Made by a program: the position numbers and the translations under genes
Part shown: positions 1 to 8,887 of the stretch, one piece after another
Position numbering within the stretch: position 1 is the first letter of the stretch
How the letters are laid out: each line of letters begins with the position of its first letter
The notes under the pieces: model-generated
Seen by the model: only the letters and a program-made list of their open reading frames with translations
The model's database searches: none
What the model was told of the DNA's origin: nothing
Assembly: GCA_035500675.1 (NCBI GenBank)
Contig: DATJXA010000132.1
Span: 1 to 59,902 of the forward strand
From: Bacteroidota bacterium
GTDB lineage: Bacteria > Bacteroidota > Ignavibacteria > UBA10030 > UBA8401
Direction of reading: 5' to 3'
Length of the DNA: 59,902 bases

Positions 1-381
1 TCAGGCCAATCCAAGGTCGTAAACGTGGATGCAACCGGCGCGGCAGACTGGAAGCAGCGCATTCTTTCCGCAGGGTTCCGATTTCACAACGGCGGCTCTC
101 CCGTTTATATCGATGCATTGTACGTGCTCACTCATGCCGAAGAGAGCATCGGAACGACGAACCCATCGGTCGACGTCCTTACGGCAAGCCAGAAAATCGA
201 CGACCGCGGATTTGCCTTCGCGTTCGGGTTCGCGCCGAGAATTGCCGGCCCGATCGCGTTGGATTTTGAACTTGAATATTCCTTCATGCTTCGACAATCG
301 TCTAATGATGCCGGGCGCCAAGTCCCGAACCTCGGCGGCCTCTATTATGGTGGCGGCATTTTGTTCTATTTCAATAACTGA
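1..381 (+). CDS. Partial (5'-truncated) outer-membrane beta-barrel-like protein
   Basis: Frame is open from base 1 (SGQSKVVNVDAT...) to TGA at 379-381. Alternating amphipathic strands and an aromatic C-terminus (YYGGGILFYFNN). Confidence 0.6.
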   Translation, partial: SGQSKVVNVDATGAADWKQRILSAGFRFHNGGSPVYIDALYVLTHAEESIGTTNPSVDVLTASQKIDDRGFAFAFGFAPRIAGPIALDFELEYSFMLRQSSNDAGRQVPNLGGLYYGGGILFYFNN

Positions 382-388
382 GGCGCTT

Positions 389-1453
389 ATGAAAGCGATC
401 TTTGTTTTTTGCATCGCGGTTATTTCTGTCTCGCTTTGGGGATGCACGCCCGTGCAGCAACAGAAAAATTCCGAAGATCTCTCGTCGCTTGAAATACTTC
501 CTCACCCCGACACGCTCAACCTTTTCGTAAATGAAACGCAGGCGCTGAGCCTGCGGGGCACCAGCATCAACTCATCACAGCAAACGATCTCAAATACCGG
601 CGTCATCACAGACGCTGAATATACCGTGAGCAGTACGGATACTACAACGAGAGCAATTCCGTCCGATACCGCGGCATGGTCATCTTCCAATACATCCGCG
701 GCAACAGTTTCTCAGGGAATCGTGATAGCGCGCGGTCCCGGATTTACAAACATCACGGCTGCGGTCGGCAGGGTAAGTGCAGTGCCGCTCCTTGTCAGGG
801 TCGCTTCCGTGAATACGGCGCCGGGGTTGAGCCTCGACCCGCCGCTCGTCTCTTTGATATTTCAGGACAGCATCGTCGTCTCTGGCAACGTCCAGCAACA
901 GGCGATTCTCGTTATGACTGAATCGTCTTCGCATTACAACAACACGCATGTCGCGTACGATGGTGCCGGGAACTTCAAAGTGACTGTTGCGGGGCTCCAG
1001 ATCGGATACAGAACCATTGTGGCGACCGCGCAGAACCCGAACCAGACAAATCTCGCGACCACGCGTTTCAAATATGTGCGCTACTATGAATACCTTACTT
1101 CTGGCGCGGATAGTATTTGCGGCGATTGGGTCGGGACGACGCTCGGCCGCAATTTTAATTTTAACATTTCGCGGAACAATTTATTGCAGCGCTACGACAT
1201 CAACGGACACATCGATATTCAGTTCGAAGGAATAGGCCTCGTGAAAGACATTACGCTCACGGGGATCGTGAACCGCGATGGAACGATAAATGCCTCACTT
1301 TCGGGAACATATCAGGGGTTCAGCATATCGGGAAGTCTCACGGGATATTTCACATCCTCGGGGACTGGTGAGGGAGGCTATGCGGCAGCGGCTAAAAAAT
1401 CCGGCTGGCCTTCGTTAAGCGGGTCCGCGGATTGGACCGCGGTGAAACAGTAG
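389..1453 (+). CDS. Lipoprotein with bacterial Ig-like (Big_2-type) domain
   Basis: ATG at 389, 7 nt after the upstream stop (the track start at 29 overlaps the upstream gene). Signal peptide with lipobox LWGC. Big_2-like AWSSSNTSAATVSQGIVIARGPGFTNITA. Confidence 0.75.
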   Translation: MKAIFVFCIAVISVSLWGCTPVQQQKNSEDLSSLEILPHPDTLNLFVNETQALSLRGTSINSSQQTISNTGVITDAEYTVSSTDTTTRAIPSDTAAWSSSNTSAATVSQGIVIARGPGFTNITAAVGRVSAVPLLVRVASVNTAPGLSLDPPLVSLIFQDSIVVSGNVQQQAILVMTESSSHYNNTHVAYDGAGNFKVTVAGLQIGYRTIVATAQNPNQTNLATTRFKYVRYYEYLTSGADSICGDWVGTTLGRNFNFNISRNNLLQRYDINGHIDIQFEGIGLVKDITLTGIVNRDGTINASLSGTYQGFSISGSLTGYFTSSGTGEGGYAAAAKKSGWPSLSGSADWTAVKQ

Positions 1454-1459
1454 CAGTGT

Positions 1460-2125
1460 CTATATCTTATTGATGATGAACCCGTAGTCCTTCGCAAACT
1501 GCACAAGGTTGACGACATCGGTGATGTCTAGCTTCTTTTTGAGGACGGTGAAATGTTTCTCCACCGCCGTCTTGGTGATCGATAGTCGTTCGGCGATCTG
1601 TTCGGGCTTGAGTCCCTGGGTCAAAAACGAGAGGATCTCCATCTCGATGTCGGTCATCGGCTCTCTGATCTGAGAAAGCGTTGCCAACTCTGCGGAATGT
1701 TTTTTCAGAAGCCCTTCGACCATGATGCGCGAGACGCTAGGGCTGAAGAATCTTTTTCCCTCCGCAACGACGCGTATGGCGTCCGCAAGCTCTTCTTTTC
1801 CCACATTTTTCACGACATATCCACCCGCCCCGGATTTCAGGATCTGCGTGACGTATTTTTCGTTCTCAAACCCGCTGAGAATCAGAATTTTTGTCTTGGG
1901 ATATTTGAGCTTGATGATCTTGGCGGCATCGACTCCGGACATTTTAGGCATTTCCAGGTCGAGGATCACGACGTCGGGCGAAAATTTTTTGACGGCAGCG
2001 ACCGCTTCTTCGCCGTCGGACCCTTGTCCTACAACATCGAACTCAGGAACGGTCGAGAGGAGAGCCGAAATTCCCAACCGCACGACATCATGGTCATCGG
2101 CCATCACAATACGGATCTTCTTCAT
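1460..2125 (-). CDS. NarL/FixJ-family response regulator (REC + LuxR HTH)
   Basis: ADDHDVVR, VVILDLEMP (phospho-Asp), C-terminal HTH GLKPEQIAERLSIT. Confidence 0.92.
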   Translation of the reverse strand: MKKIRIVMADDHDVVRLGISALLSTVPEFDVVGQGSDGEEAVAAVKKFSPDVVILDLEMPKMSGVDAAKIIKLKYPKTKILILSGFENEKYVTQILKSGAGGYVVKNVGKEELADAIRVVAEGKRFFSPSVSRIMVEGLLKKHSAELATLSQIREPMTDIEMEILSFLTQGLKPEQIAERLSITKTAVEKHFTVLKKKLDITDVVNLVQFAKDYGFIINKI

Positions 2126-2164
2126 TATCTTTGCCTGGAATCTTGATAAAAATTTTCCTGACTA

Positions 2165-2193
2165 AAAGTATTTAATAGCGGCGCCAAAGTCAA
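2165..2193 (-). promoter_or_regulatory. Putative sigma70-type promoter of the response regulator
   Basis: TTGACT (2193-2188), 17 nt spacer, TACTTT (2170-2165) on the minus strand. Confidence 0.4.
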
Positions 2194-2311
2194 GGCATGG
2201 GTAATGGATCACTTCGACGATTGACCGCAAACCTTCCGAAGGTTTCTAAAAGTGACCGACTACCTGCGCGGATTTTTTTGCGCAGGCCGCTAAACCTTTC
2301 ATGCGCTTTCA

Positions 2312-2340
2312 TTGACAAACCAAAGGGCGTTTCTTATATT
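2312..2340 (+). promoter_or_regulatory. sigma70-type promoter of rsmA
   Basis: TTGACA (2312-2317), 17 nt spacer, TATATT (2335-2340), 39 nt before the GTG at 2380. Confidence 0.65.
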
Positions 2341-2379
2341 TTTGCACGATCGAACATCGCCTCCTTCTTCCGGCATTGA

Positions 2380-3183
2380 GTGACCCGACCGAAAAAATCT
2401 CTCGGACAAAATTTTCTCCACGATGCAAACATTGCGAGAAAAATTGTCCGGTCTATGAATTTATCAGCATCGGACCGCGTCCTTGAGATCGGCCCCGGAA
2501 AAGGGGCGCTGACCTCCTTGCTGCTGGATGAACTTCAAACATTGGCCGCCGTAGAGATCGATACTGTCCTTGCGGAAGAGCTCAAAAGGAAATTTGGAAA
2601 AAAGTTGAAGCTGTATCATGACGACGTGCTCCATCTCGATCTTGGCTCAATGGCGGGTGCCATGGGAGGGAACATCCGCATCGTCGGGAACATTCCTTAC
2701 AATATCACGAGCGCTATCATCTTTTGGATCATCGACGCTTCCTCGTTCGTTTCCGATTGCACTCTTATGATGCAGCGTGAAGTTGCACAGCGGCTTGTTG
2801 CGAAGCCGCGTACGAAAGATTACGGGATATTGTCGGTGATGGCGCAATATTATTCTACCCCTTCGCTCCTCTTTACAGTCTCTCCCGCGTGTTTTTTCCC
2901 CGAACCGGAGGTGACGTCTGCGGTGGTCGCGCTTAACTTTGAAAAACCGAACGAGAAAAGGGCTGCGGACGATGTGTTGTTCCGGAGTGTTGTAAGGGCG
3001 ACATTCGGCAAAAGAAGAAAAACTTTACGGAACGGGCTTCGGGGCATGAACATTCCGGCTGCCGTTCTTTCGCGACTTTCGGCAAACCTTGATCGCCGCC
3101 CTGAGGAGCTTTCCGTCGCGGAATTTACGACATTGGCAGACGAGTTGGCGGATCTCGAGATAACAGCTCCACCGCTTAAGTAA
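2380..3183 (+). CDS. rsmA: 16S rRNA m6,2A1518/1519 dimethyltransferase RsmA/KsgA
   Basis: KKSLGQNFL, VLEIGPGKG, GNIPYNIT, MMQREVAQRL, FGKRRKTLRN motifs. Confidence 0.97.
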   Translation: MTRPKKSLGQNFLHDANIARKIVRSMNLSASDRVLEIGPGKGALTSLLLDELQTLAAVEIDTVLAEELKRKFGKKLKLYHDDVLHLDLGSMAGAMGGNIRIVGNIPYNITSAIIFWIIDASSFVSDCTLMMQREVAQRLVAKPRTKDYGILSVMAQYYSTPSLLFTVSPACFFPEPEVTSAVVALNFEKPNEKRAADDVLFRSVVRATFGKRRKTLRNGLRGMNIPAAVLSRLSANLDRRPEELSVAEFTTLADELADLEITAPPLK

Positions 3184-3211
3184 ATCCGATTTATCAGGCT
3201 AACAGTTGACG

Positions 3212-4156
3212 ATGAAACCGAAATATTTCAGATCGTTCACCTCCACCGACCTCATCACCGTTGTATTTCTCACCCTCCTTTCGCTCACGTGCATAGCATT
3301 TTTTGAGAGGATCTCCCATTGGTTTCTGCTTGTTGCGGCCAACACAGTAGGTACGGTGCTCATCGCGCTCGGTTCTTCGAAGATCCGTAAATCCAGTCCA
3401 CGCTGGTTGAAGTTTGCCAGAGATTGGTATCCCGTCCCCATGATTTTCTTTGTCTTCAAAGAAATGTATCTCATGGTACACCCGATACATCCTCAGGATT
3501 ACGACTGGCTGCTCATTGAGATCGATCGATGGATATTCGGCGGGGATCCGACCCGCTGGCTGACGACGATTGCAAACCCATTCATCACCGAGATCCTGCA
3601 GGTCAGCTATGCCTGTTACTATCTAATTCTCATCAGCGTTTTCTTCGAGCTGGACCTCGAGAAACGCCATACCGAATATTTTCTGGGAGCGTTCCTTGTC
3701 GTCTACGGTTTTTTCCTTTCGTATATCGGTTACATTCTTCTGCCGGCGGTAGGACCGCGATTCACGCTGTATGATTTCAATTCATTGAATCGTGACCTGC
3801 CGGGGTTGTGGCTCACGAACCCGTTGCGCGAATTTGTCAACGCAGGTGAATCGATCCCTGCGGGGGTAACGAACGCGATCGATTTTGCGCAGCGCGACGC
3901 CTTCCCGAGCGGCCACACGCAGTTGACCCTGACTATCCTTTATATTGCGTTCACAAATCGACTCAAGAGCAGATGGGTATTGCTGGTCGTCGGCTCGCTG
4001 CTCATTGTTTCGACAGTGTATCTTCGCTATCATTATGTCATCGACGTGATTGCGGGAGTTGCTTTCTTCTTCTTTACCATTTGGAGCGGAAAAAAGATAG
4101 ATGCGTGGTGGAGAGGAGTGAAGAAACGATGGAAGGATGAGGCCGGCTCAGCTTAA
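3212..4156 (+). CDS. Membrane PAP2-superfamily protein (PAP2_3/Aur1-like)
   Basis: Multiple TM helices; PAVGPR, FPSGHT and STVYLRYHYVID motifs. ATG at 3212 preferred over TTG at 3206. Confidence 0.85.
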   Translation: MKPKYFRSFTSTDLITVVFLTLLSLTCIAFFERISHWFLLVAANTVGTVLIALGSSKIRKSSPRWLKFARDWYPVPMIFFVFKEMYLMVHPIHPQDYDWLLIEIDRWIFGGDPTRWLTTIANPFITEILQVSYACYYLILISVFFELDLEKRHTEYFLGAFLVVYGFFLSYIGYILLPAVGPRFTLYDFNSLNRDLPGLWLTNPLREFVNAGESIPAGVTNAIDFAQRDAFPSGHTQLTLTILYIAFTNRLKSRWVLLVVGSLLIVSTVYLRYHYVIDVIAGVAFFFFTIWSGKKIDAWWRGVKKRWKDEAGSA

Positions 4157-4175
4157 GCATCGCAGTAAAAACGCC

Positions 4176-4204
4176 TTGCCTTGGAGAGAGAATTTTCGTA
4201 ATTT
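4176..4204 (+). promoter_or_regulatory. Putative tRNA operon promoter
   Basis: TTGCCT (4176-4181), 17 nt spacer, TAATTT (4199-4204), upstream of tRNA-His. Confidence 0.5.
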
Positions 4205-4217
4205 AAGAGATACAAAG

Positions 4218-4245
4218 AGCCTGTGCGGTATGCGACAGGCTTTTT
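4218..4245 (+). terminator. Hairpin plus T-tract, possible terminator of rsmA-PAP2
   Basis: AGCCTGT (4218-4224) / ACAGGCT (4235-4241) followed by TTTT. Confidence 0.45.
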
Positions 4246-4255
4246 GAATCTTTAC

Positions 4256-4330
4256 GGTGGCCATAGTTCAGTTGGTTAGAATGCCAGGTTGTGGCCCTGG
4301 AGGTCGTGGGTTCAAGTCCCACTGGCCACC
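4256..4330 (+). tRNA. tRNA-His (GUG)
   Basis: G-1 plus acceptor stem GTGGCCA/TGGCCAC, discriminator C. Anticodon arm CCAGG-ttGTGgc-CCTGG, T-loop GGTTCAAGTCC. CCA is not encoded. Confidence 0.96.
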
Positions 4331-4337
4331 CGAGAAC

Positions 4338-4435
4338 AATTAAGAATTATGAATTAATAATTAAGAATTAGGAGAGAATATAAATTCGAGATTTAGTCTT
4401 TCCAATTATTAATTCCTAATTCTTAATTATTAATT
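4338..4435. repeat. AT-rich 7-mer-periodic inverted repeat between the tRNAs
   Basis: Five AATTANN units at 4338-4372 and inverted NNTAATT units at 4408-4435. Perfect 21-bp inverted repeat 4352-4372 / 4415-4435. Confidence 0.85.
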
Positions 4436-4443
4436 GTACCCTC

Positions 4444-4516
4444 GTCCCCATCGTCTAGAGGCCTAGGACCGGAGCTTTTCAAGCTTCTAACACGAGTTCG
4501 AATCTCGTTGGGGACA
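4444..4516 (+). tRNA. tRNA-Glu (UUC)
   Basis: Acceptor stem GTCCCCA/TGGGGAC, anticodon arm GGAGC-ttTTCaa-GCTTC, T-loop GTTCGAATC. CCA is not encoded. Confidence 0.95.
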
Positions 4517-4575
4517 CATTCCAAAGGGATATTTTTCCCAACATACTTTTTCTCATTTATCGATAGACCTAATTC

Positions 4576-4704
4576 TCATCTCAGGATCTTCTCTAGTTTT
4601 CTGCTCGATGACCTATTGGACAAAGCCTTCCGCCAACTCACCGGCGCTTGTTCAAAATGATTCTCACAATTTCTGAAAGATTCAGCATTTTTTTCTCATT
4701 CTCA
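4576..4704 (-). CDS. Possible small ORF (42 aa, MRMRKNAESF...KLEKILR)
   Basis: Open 43-codon frame with AAGGAG 6 nt upstream of the ATG. No recognisable domain. Confidence 0.25.
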
Positions 4705-4931
4705 TGGCAAACTCCTTAATTTAACCTGCAATCGAGATCAAATTTCCAAAGCTCTGACTGCTTTTTTGCTTCTCTCCAATCCGCTTGAGCCCCCTCCTCT
4801 ATTCTTCGACCTGTCATGGTACTGCTCTTCCACAATTGGTCTTGCGACCCCTTCCGATTGAGCCTGAACCTTTAGACGAAGATTAGTATATTATTCAATC
4901 GTTGTTTATGATTACGCATTATGAGGGATGA

Positions 4932-6386
4932 ATGAAAAAATACTGGATATGGGCCATCCTCCTTCTGGCCATCGGGTTAAGACTTTACCACATAAATTTT
5001 CCGGTTGCCGGATGGCACTCGTGGCGGCAAGCCGACACAGCGGCGATTGCAAAAAACTTTTATGAAAATGGTTTCCGCTTATTATTTCCGCAGATCGACT
5101 GGGGTGGAAATTCCCCCGGTTACGTCGAAAGCGAATTCCAATTATATCCATTCCTTGTTGCACTCCTCTATAAAATTTTCGGTGTTGATGATATGATCGG
5201 GAGACTTCTCTCGGTCCTTTTTTCTGCGGCTACCGTTGGCGGTCTCTACCTTTTGACAAAAAAATATTGCTCCGACAGGGTCGCTCTCTGGTCAGCATTC
5301 ATCTATGCGGTGATTCCGCTTAATATCTATTTCGGGCGCGCATTCATGCCAGAACCTGCAATGCTCATGTTCTCAGTCTTTGGCATTTACTGGTTTTCAG
5401 AATGGCTTGATCGTGGAGGGACAATTTATTTCGTTTCTTCATTGTTATGTATTGCCCTTGCCGCCTTATTGAAGATCCCGGCATTGTACCTAGGGCTGCC
5501 TCTTCTCTTTCTTTCACACTGTAAATATGGAAACGGGCTCCTCAAACAAAAGCTTCTTTGGCTTTTTGTTCTCCTCGTATTTCTACCCGTTGCACTATGG
5601 TATTACCATGCTCATGAGATCTTTCTAGCTTCCGGATTGACGTTCCGCATTTGGGAGGTTGGTACAGACAAATGGGGAAATTTAGATATCATCACGACCG
5701 TTAAATTCTATAACGATGTATTCTTCAAAAGCATAGCGGAACGTCATCTTACTTATGCTGGATTTATTCCTTTTGCTACAGGGTTGTCTATCACGCGACA
5801 GAGAAAAGAAGAAAAGGTATTCGATTTTTGGTTGCTGGCAGTCGTGATATATATCATTATTGTCGCAAGAGGAAATCAGGTCCACGAATACTATCAATTG
5901 CCTTTCATTCTCCCGGCGTCAGTCTTTGCCGGCAAAGCTTTTGACAAGTACCTGTCCTTAGATAGCTTTTCGGAATCAATGGGGGCCCGATTAGTTGTCC
6001 CTTACTTCTTCAGCCTATGTTTCTTTGGTCTCCTTGTTCTATCATATTTGCGATACGCGAATTTTATGAAGGGGGAAGATGTGACCTCTCCCCTTTTCAA
6101 ACTGGGAGCTTCGGTTCAATCTCTTACTGAAAAGCATGCTTTGATTGTTGCTGTTGATGAGGGAAATCCGGTCGTGCTCTATCGGAGCGATAGGAAGGGG
6201 TGGAATAGCTCACCAGAGGATCTTGATTCTCTCTTTCTTACAGAGAAAAAGGGCTTAGGCGCAAAGTTTATTGCGGGAGAAAGAAGCGTTTTTGAAACGC
6301 CCGCTCGCCAACAGATCCTGAAATGGTTGTTGACGAAATATGATCCTGTGATTGAAAACAACGAGTATTTTATTTTGAAACTCTAG
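4932..6386 (+). CDS. ArnT/PMT-like integral membrane glycosyltransferase (GT-C fold, GT39/83-like)
   Basis: N-terminal WRQADTAAIAKNF, ESEFQLYP, GRAFMPE motifs and many TM segments. Confidence 0.85.
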   Translation: MKKYWIWAILLLAIGLRLYHINFPVAGWHSWRQADTAAIAKNFYENGFRLLFPQIDWGGNSPGYVESEFQLYPFLVALLYKIFGVDDMIGRLLSVLFSAATVGGLYLLTKKYCSDRVALWSAFIYAVIPLNIYFGRAFMPEPAMLMFSVFGIYWFSEWLDRGGTIYFVSSLLCIALAALLKIPALYLGLPLLFLSHCKYGNGLLKQKLLWLFVLLVFLPVALWYYHAHEIFLASGLTFRIWEVGTDKWGNLDIITTVKFYNDVFFKSIAERHLTYAGFIPFATGLSITRQRKEEKVFDFWLLAVVIYIIIVARGNQVHEYYQLPFILPASVFAGKAFDKYLSLDSFSESMGARLVVPYFFSLCFFGLLVLSYLRYANFMKGEDVTSPLFKLGASVQSLTEKHALIVAVDEGNPVVLYRSDRKGWNSSPEDLDSLFLTEKKGLGAKFIAGERSVFETPARQQILKWLLTKYDPVIENNEYFILKL

Positions 6387-6538
6387 AACGCTTCCTACAA
6401 ACTTTTCTTTATCATGGTACTGTGTTGAATATTTTCCTGTAGGTTAGCTATCTTTCGGGCATTGCCCTGCTCGCGCGCACCTTCAGGCCTTTCAAGCAAT
6501 GCGAAAAATCGCAGATTGATTTGGTTTTATCCATCTTA

Positions 6539-7363
6539 TCATTTTTTTTGAGCAATCAGCGATTGTTGATGGACTTGGTCGTTATAGATTTCGATAAGGG
6601 AAAGATTATTCGCTAAAAGGACCTCTTTAACTATATCGAGATCATAAGCAACTGCGGCTTCCGGATATTTGACGTTTTCAACATAACAGCGGTCAAGCTT
6701 GTGGGCAAACGTCCAACGGTCACCCAGCCTCTTCTTCAGATAGTCGATGAGGAAGACTGTAAGATGAAAATACCCCCCTTTTCTTAAAACCCGTGCGCCC
6801 TCGCTAATGTACCGGCAAAAGTCGGCATAAAGGAGATGGCTGAACAGCGAAAGGGAGATGATAAGATCCGTAGAACTATCACCAAGTGGGAACGAATAGC
6901 CGGCTGTTTCTTTCCCTTTTGGATTATAAACTTTGCTGTAAACATCCGCGAAATAGAAATGAATATTCGAAGAGCGAAGATGGTTGTCGCACCACTCAAT
7001 CATTTGATTGTCAACATCGATCCCGGTGTAAGAACCGTGACTAGATAAGAATCGACTGAATGAAGGAACGTTTCTTCCGCACCCGCATCCAATTTCAAGG
7101 ACCTTAGACTCAGGTTTCAAATACCCCTTTGCCGAGAGCTCAGGAACAATATTGTTTCCGGAGTCAATAAACTGTTGATGATTTCTCAGTATGCGGTTGC
7201 CTACCCCTGTTCTTAACCTCATGGAAGCCGGTGGGAGTTCCGACCATTCCTTGCGCCCTTTTTTTATGTAAGAATCTGCTATATCTAGGATACTGGCCAA
7301 AGGCGATCGAGAAAGGATGGGAACCGACGGTACCAACAGTCTAAGAAATTTATCTTTTTTCAT
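6539..7363 (-). CDS. Class I SAM-dependent methyltransferase
   Basis: VLEIGCGCG motif I, GIDVD, DLIISLSLFSH, ARVLRKGG. Confidence 0.88.
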   Translation of the reverse strand: MKKDKFLRLLVPSVPILSRSPLASILDIADSYIKKGRKEWSELPPASMRLRTGVGNRILRNHQQFIDSGNNIVPELSAKGYLKPESKVLEIGCGCGRNVPSFSRFLSSHGSYTGIDVDNQMIEWCDNHLRSSNIHFYFADVYSKVYNPKGKETAGYSFPLGDSSTDLIISLSLFSHLLYADFCRYISEGARVLRKGGYFHLTVFLIDYLKKRLGDRWTFAHKLDRCYVENVKYPEAAVAYDLDIVKEVLLANNLSLIEIYNDQVHQQSLIAQKK

Positions 7364-7664
7364 TCTTGTTCTGGTTTAAAAAAACATTCTGAACATATCT
7401 CTGGATTTAAGAGTTGTGCCTGGCTTCAAAAAAATTATTGATGGCAGATAGTGGGAATCCGACGATTTGCACGCAACACCCAGTCAACCCCTGCGTCGGC
7501 GGTAATAAATTAAGGAATTTTTGAGTAACCTCCAACTATCCATCTTAAACCAACGGAATGAACAAAAGAACTTTAATCCTTCAGGGATATTATTGTGGGT
7601 GATTAAGTGTGGGGATTGCTTTAAGGCCTTTGTCAAGTCTTAATCAAGTAGCTACGTAAAAATG

Positions 7665-7695
7665 AAAAAGCCGGAACCGAGCGGTTCTGGCTTTT
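7665..7695 (-). terminator. Intrinsic (possibly bidirectional) terminator
   Basis: AAAAGCCGGAACC-GAGC-GGTTCTGGCTTTT, 46 nt past the stop of 7742..8830. Confidence 0.65.
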
Positions 7696-7741
7696 GTCGC
7701 TTGTCCCCAACCTCGCGTTGGAAACAAGACCATATGTATTT

Positions 7742-8830
7742 TCATTCAGCCGTAGGAAACGTGAGAGTAACTTTCGTGCCTCCTGCCTCCGATCTATCTA
7801 CCATCAAAGAGCCGCCATAGAGATCACATATCTTTCTTACAAGCGCAAGTCCGATGCCGGCCCCCTGCTGTTCATTCCGCTTCCGGTCAAATTGTACGAA
7901 AGCTCCGATATTCCCAATCTGTTCCGCGCTCATTCCCTTGCCGTGGTCCTCAACGAAAATAGACACCCGGCCGGATTCGAGTGAAGTGGCTATGTTTACC
8001 TTCGATCCCTTGTGTGAAAATTTCAAAGCATTGGTCAGGATCTCTTCAATCACTTTCTGTAAGTGGGACTCGAGAACGCTGACCCTTGCTTCAACAATGG
8101 AGACCAGAATATCATCCTTCCTCTGTGTTTCTAAACCCTCATTCTCAACGACCCGGCCGATAATGGGTCCAATATTGGGGAAGGGACCGCTGAAGACCTT
8201 TTTACGCTCTGGACTTGCTACTATAGAATCCAGCTCAGAAAGCAATAGCATTCTTTCAAGGAGCTTGTGCAGCCTCGTGGCCGACTTATGAATGTGTAAG
8301 CCTATATGCACTGTCTCATCGGCAGATAGGTCCCGTGTTTCTTGGAGGATTTCTGCAAAGCCTAAAATCCCAGTGAGAGGAGTTCTGAATTCGTGAGGCA
8401 ATGAAAGATTAATGTTCTTACGAAACTCGTCCAAGCGTTTCTTAATGTTGTCCTGCATCAGTTGATGTTTGCTCAAACGCAATTCAACCGCTTTGATCAG
8501 ATCGTCTTGTTCAAACGGCTTTGTGATGTAATCATCGGCGCCGAGCAACATTCCCTCTCTTTGTGATGAACGATCTATCGCCCCGGTCAGAAAGATGAAT
8601 GGAATGTCTGCCGTGCGCTCAGATTTTCGCAATTCTTTCAGTAATCCGAATCCGTCGAGCTCAGGCATGTTGACGTCGCTGATGATCAAGTCGGGGTTGA
8701 ACGAGGCAAGGCGAGCAAGGGCTTCTCGGCCGTTTTGGGCTTCATCCACTTCATATTCAGCCAATCGCAGAACCTGGACAATTGATTCCCGCATGAAATC
8801 TTCATCGTCTACAACAAATACTCGTTTCAT
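7742..8830 (-). CDS. Hybrid response regulator / histidine kinase (REC-HisKA-HATPase)
   Basis: VVDDE...ISDVNMPELDG receiver; LPHEFRTPLTG H-box; NALKFS, DHGKG, GAGIGLA. Confidence 0.92.
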   Translation of the reverse strand: MKRVFVVDDEDFMRESIVQVLRLAEYEVDEAQNGREALARLASFNPDLIISDVNMPELDGFGLLKELRKSERTADIPFIFLTGAIDRSSQREGMLLGADDYITKPFEQDDLIKAVELRLSKHQLMQDNIKKRLDEFRKNINLSLPHEFRTPLTGILGFAEILQETRDLSADETVHIGLHIHKSATRLHKLLERMLLLSELDSIVASPERKKVFSGPFPNIGPIIGRVVENEGLETQRKDDILVSIVEARVSVLESHLQKVIEEILTNALKFSHKGSKVNIATSLESGRVSIFVEDHGKGMSAEQIGNIGAFVQFDRKRNEQQGAGIGLALVRKICDLYGGSLMVDRSEAGGTKVTLTFPTAE

Positions 8831-8887
8831 TGACCCATTATTTTTTTATGAGTTTGCGGCTCACCATACAGTGTTTCGTCACCCATT

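Noticed and set aside
29-388. N-terminal extension of the lipoprotein ORF from position 29
   Set aside because: It overlaps the upstream barrel gene; the signal peptide and lipobox begin at the ATG at 389.
4256-4516. Missing CCA on both tRNAs as a sign of pseudogenes
   Set aside because: The cloverleaves are intact, and many bacteria add CCA post-transcriptionally.
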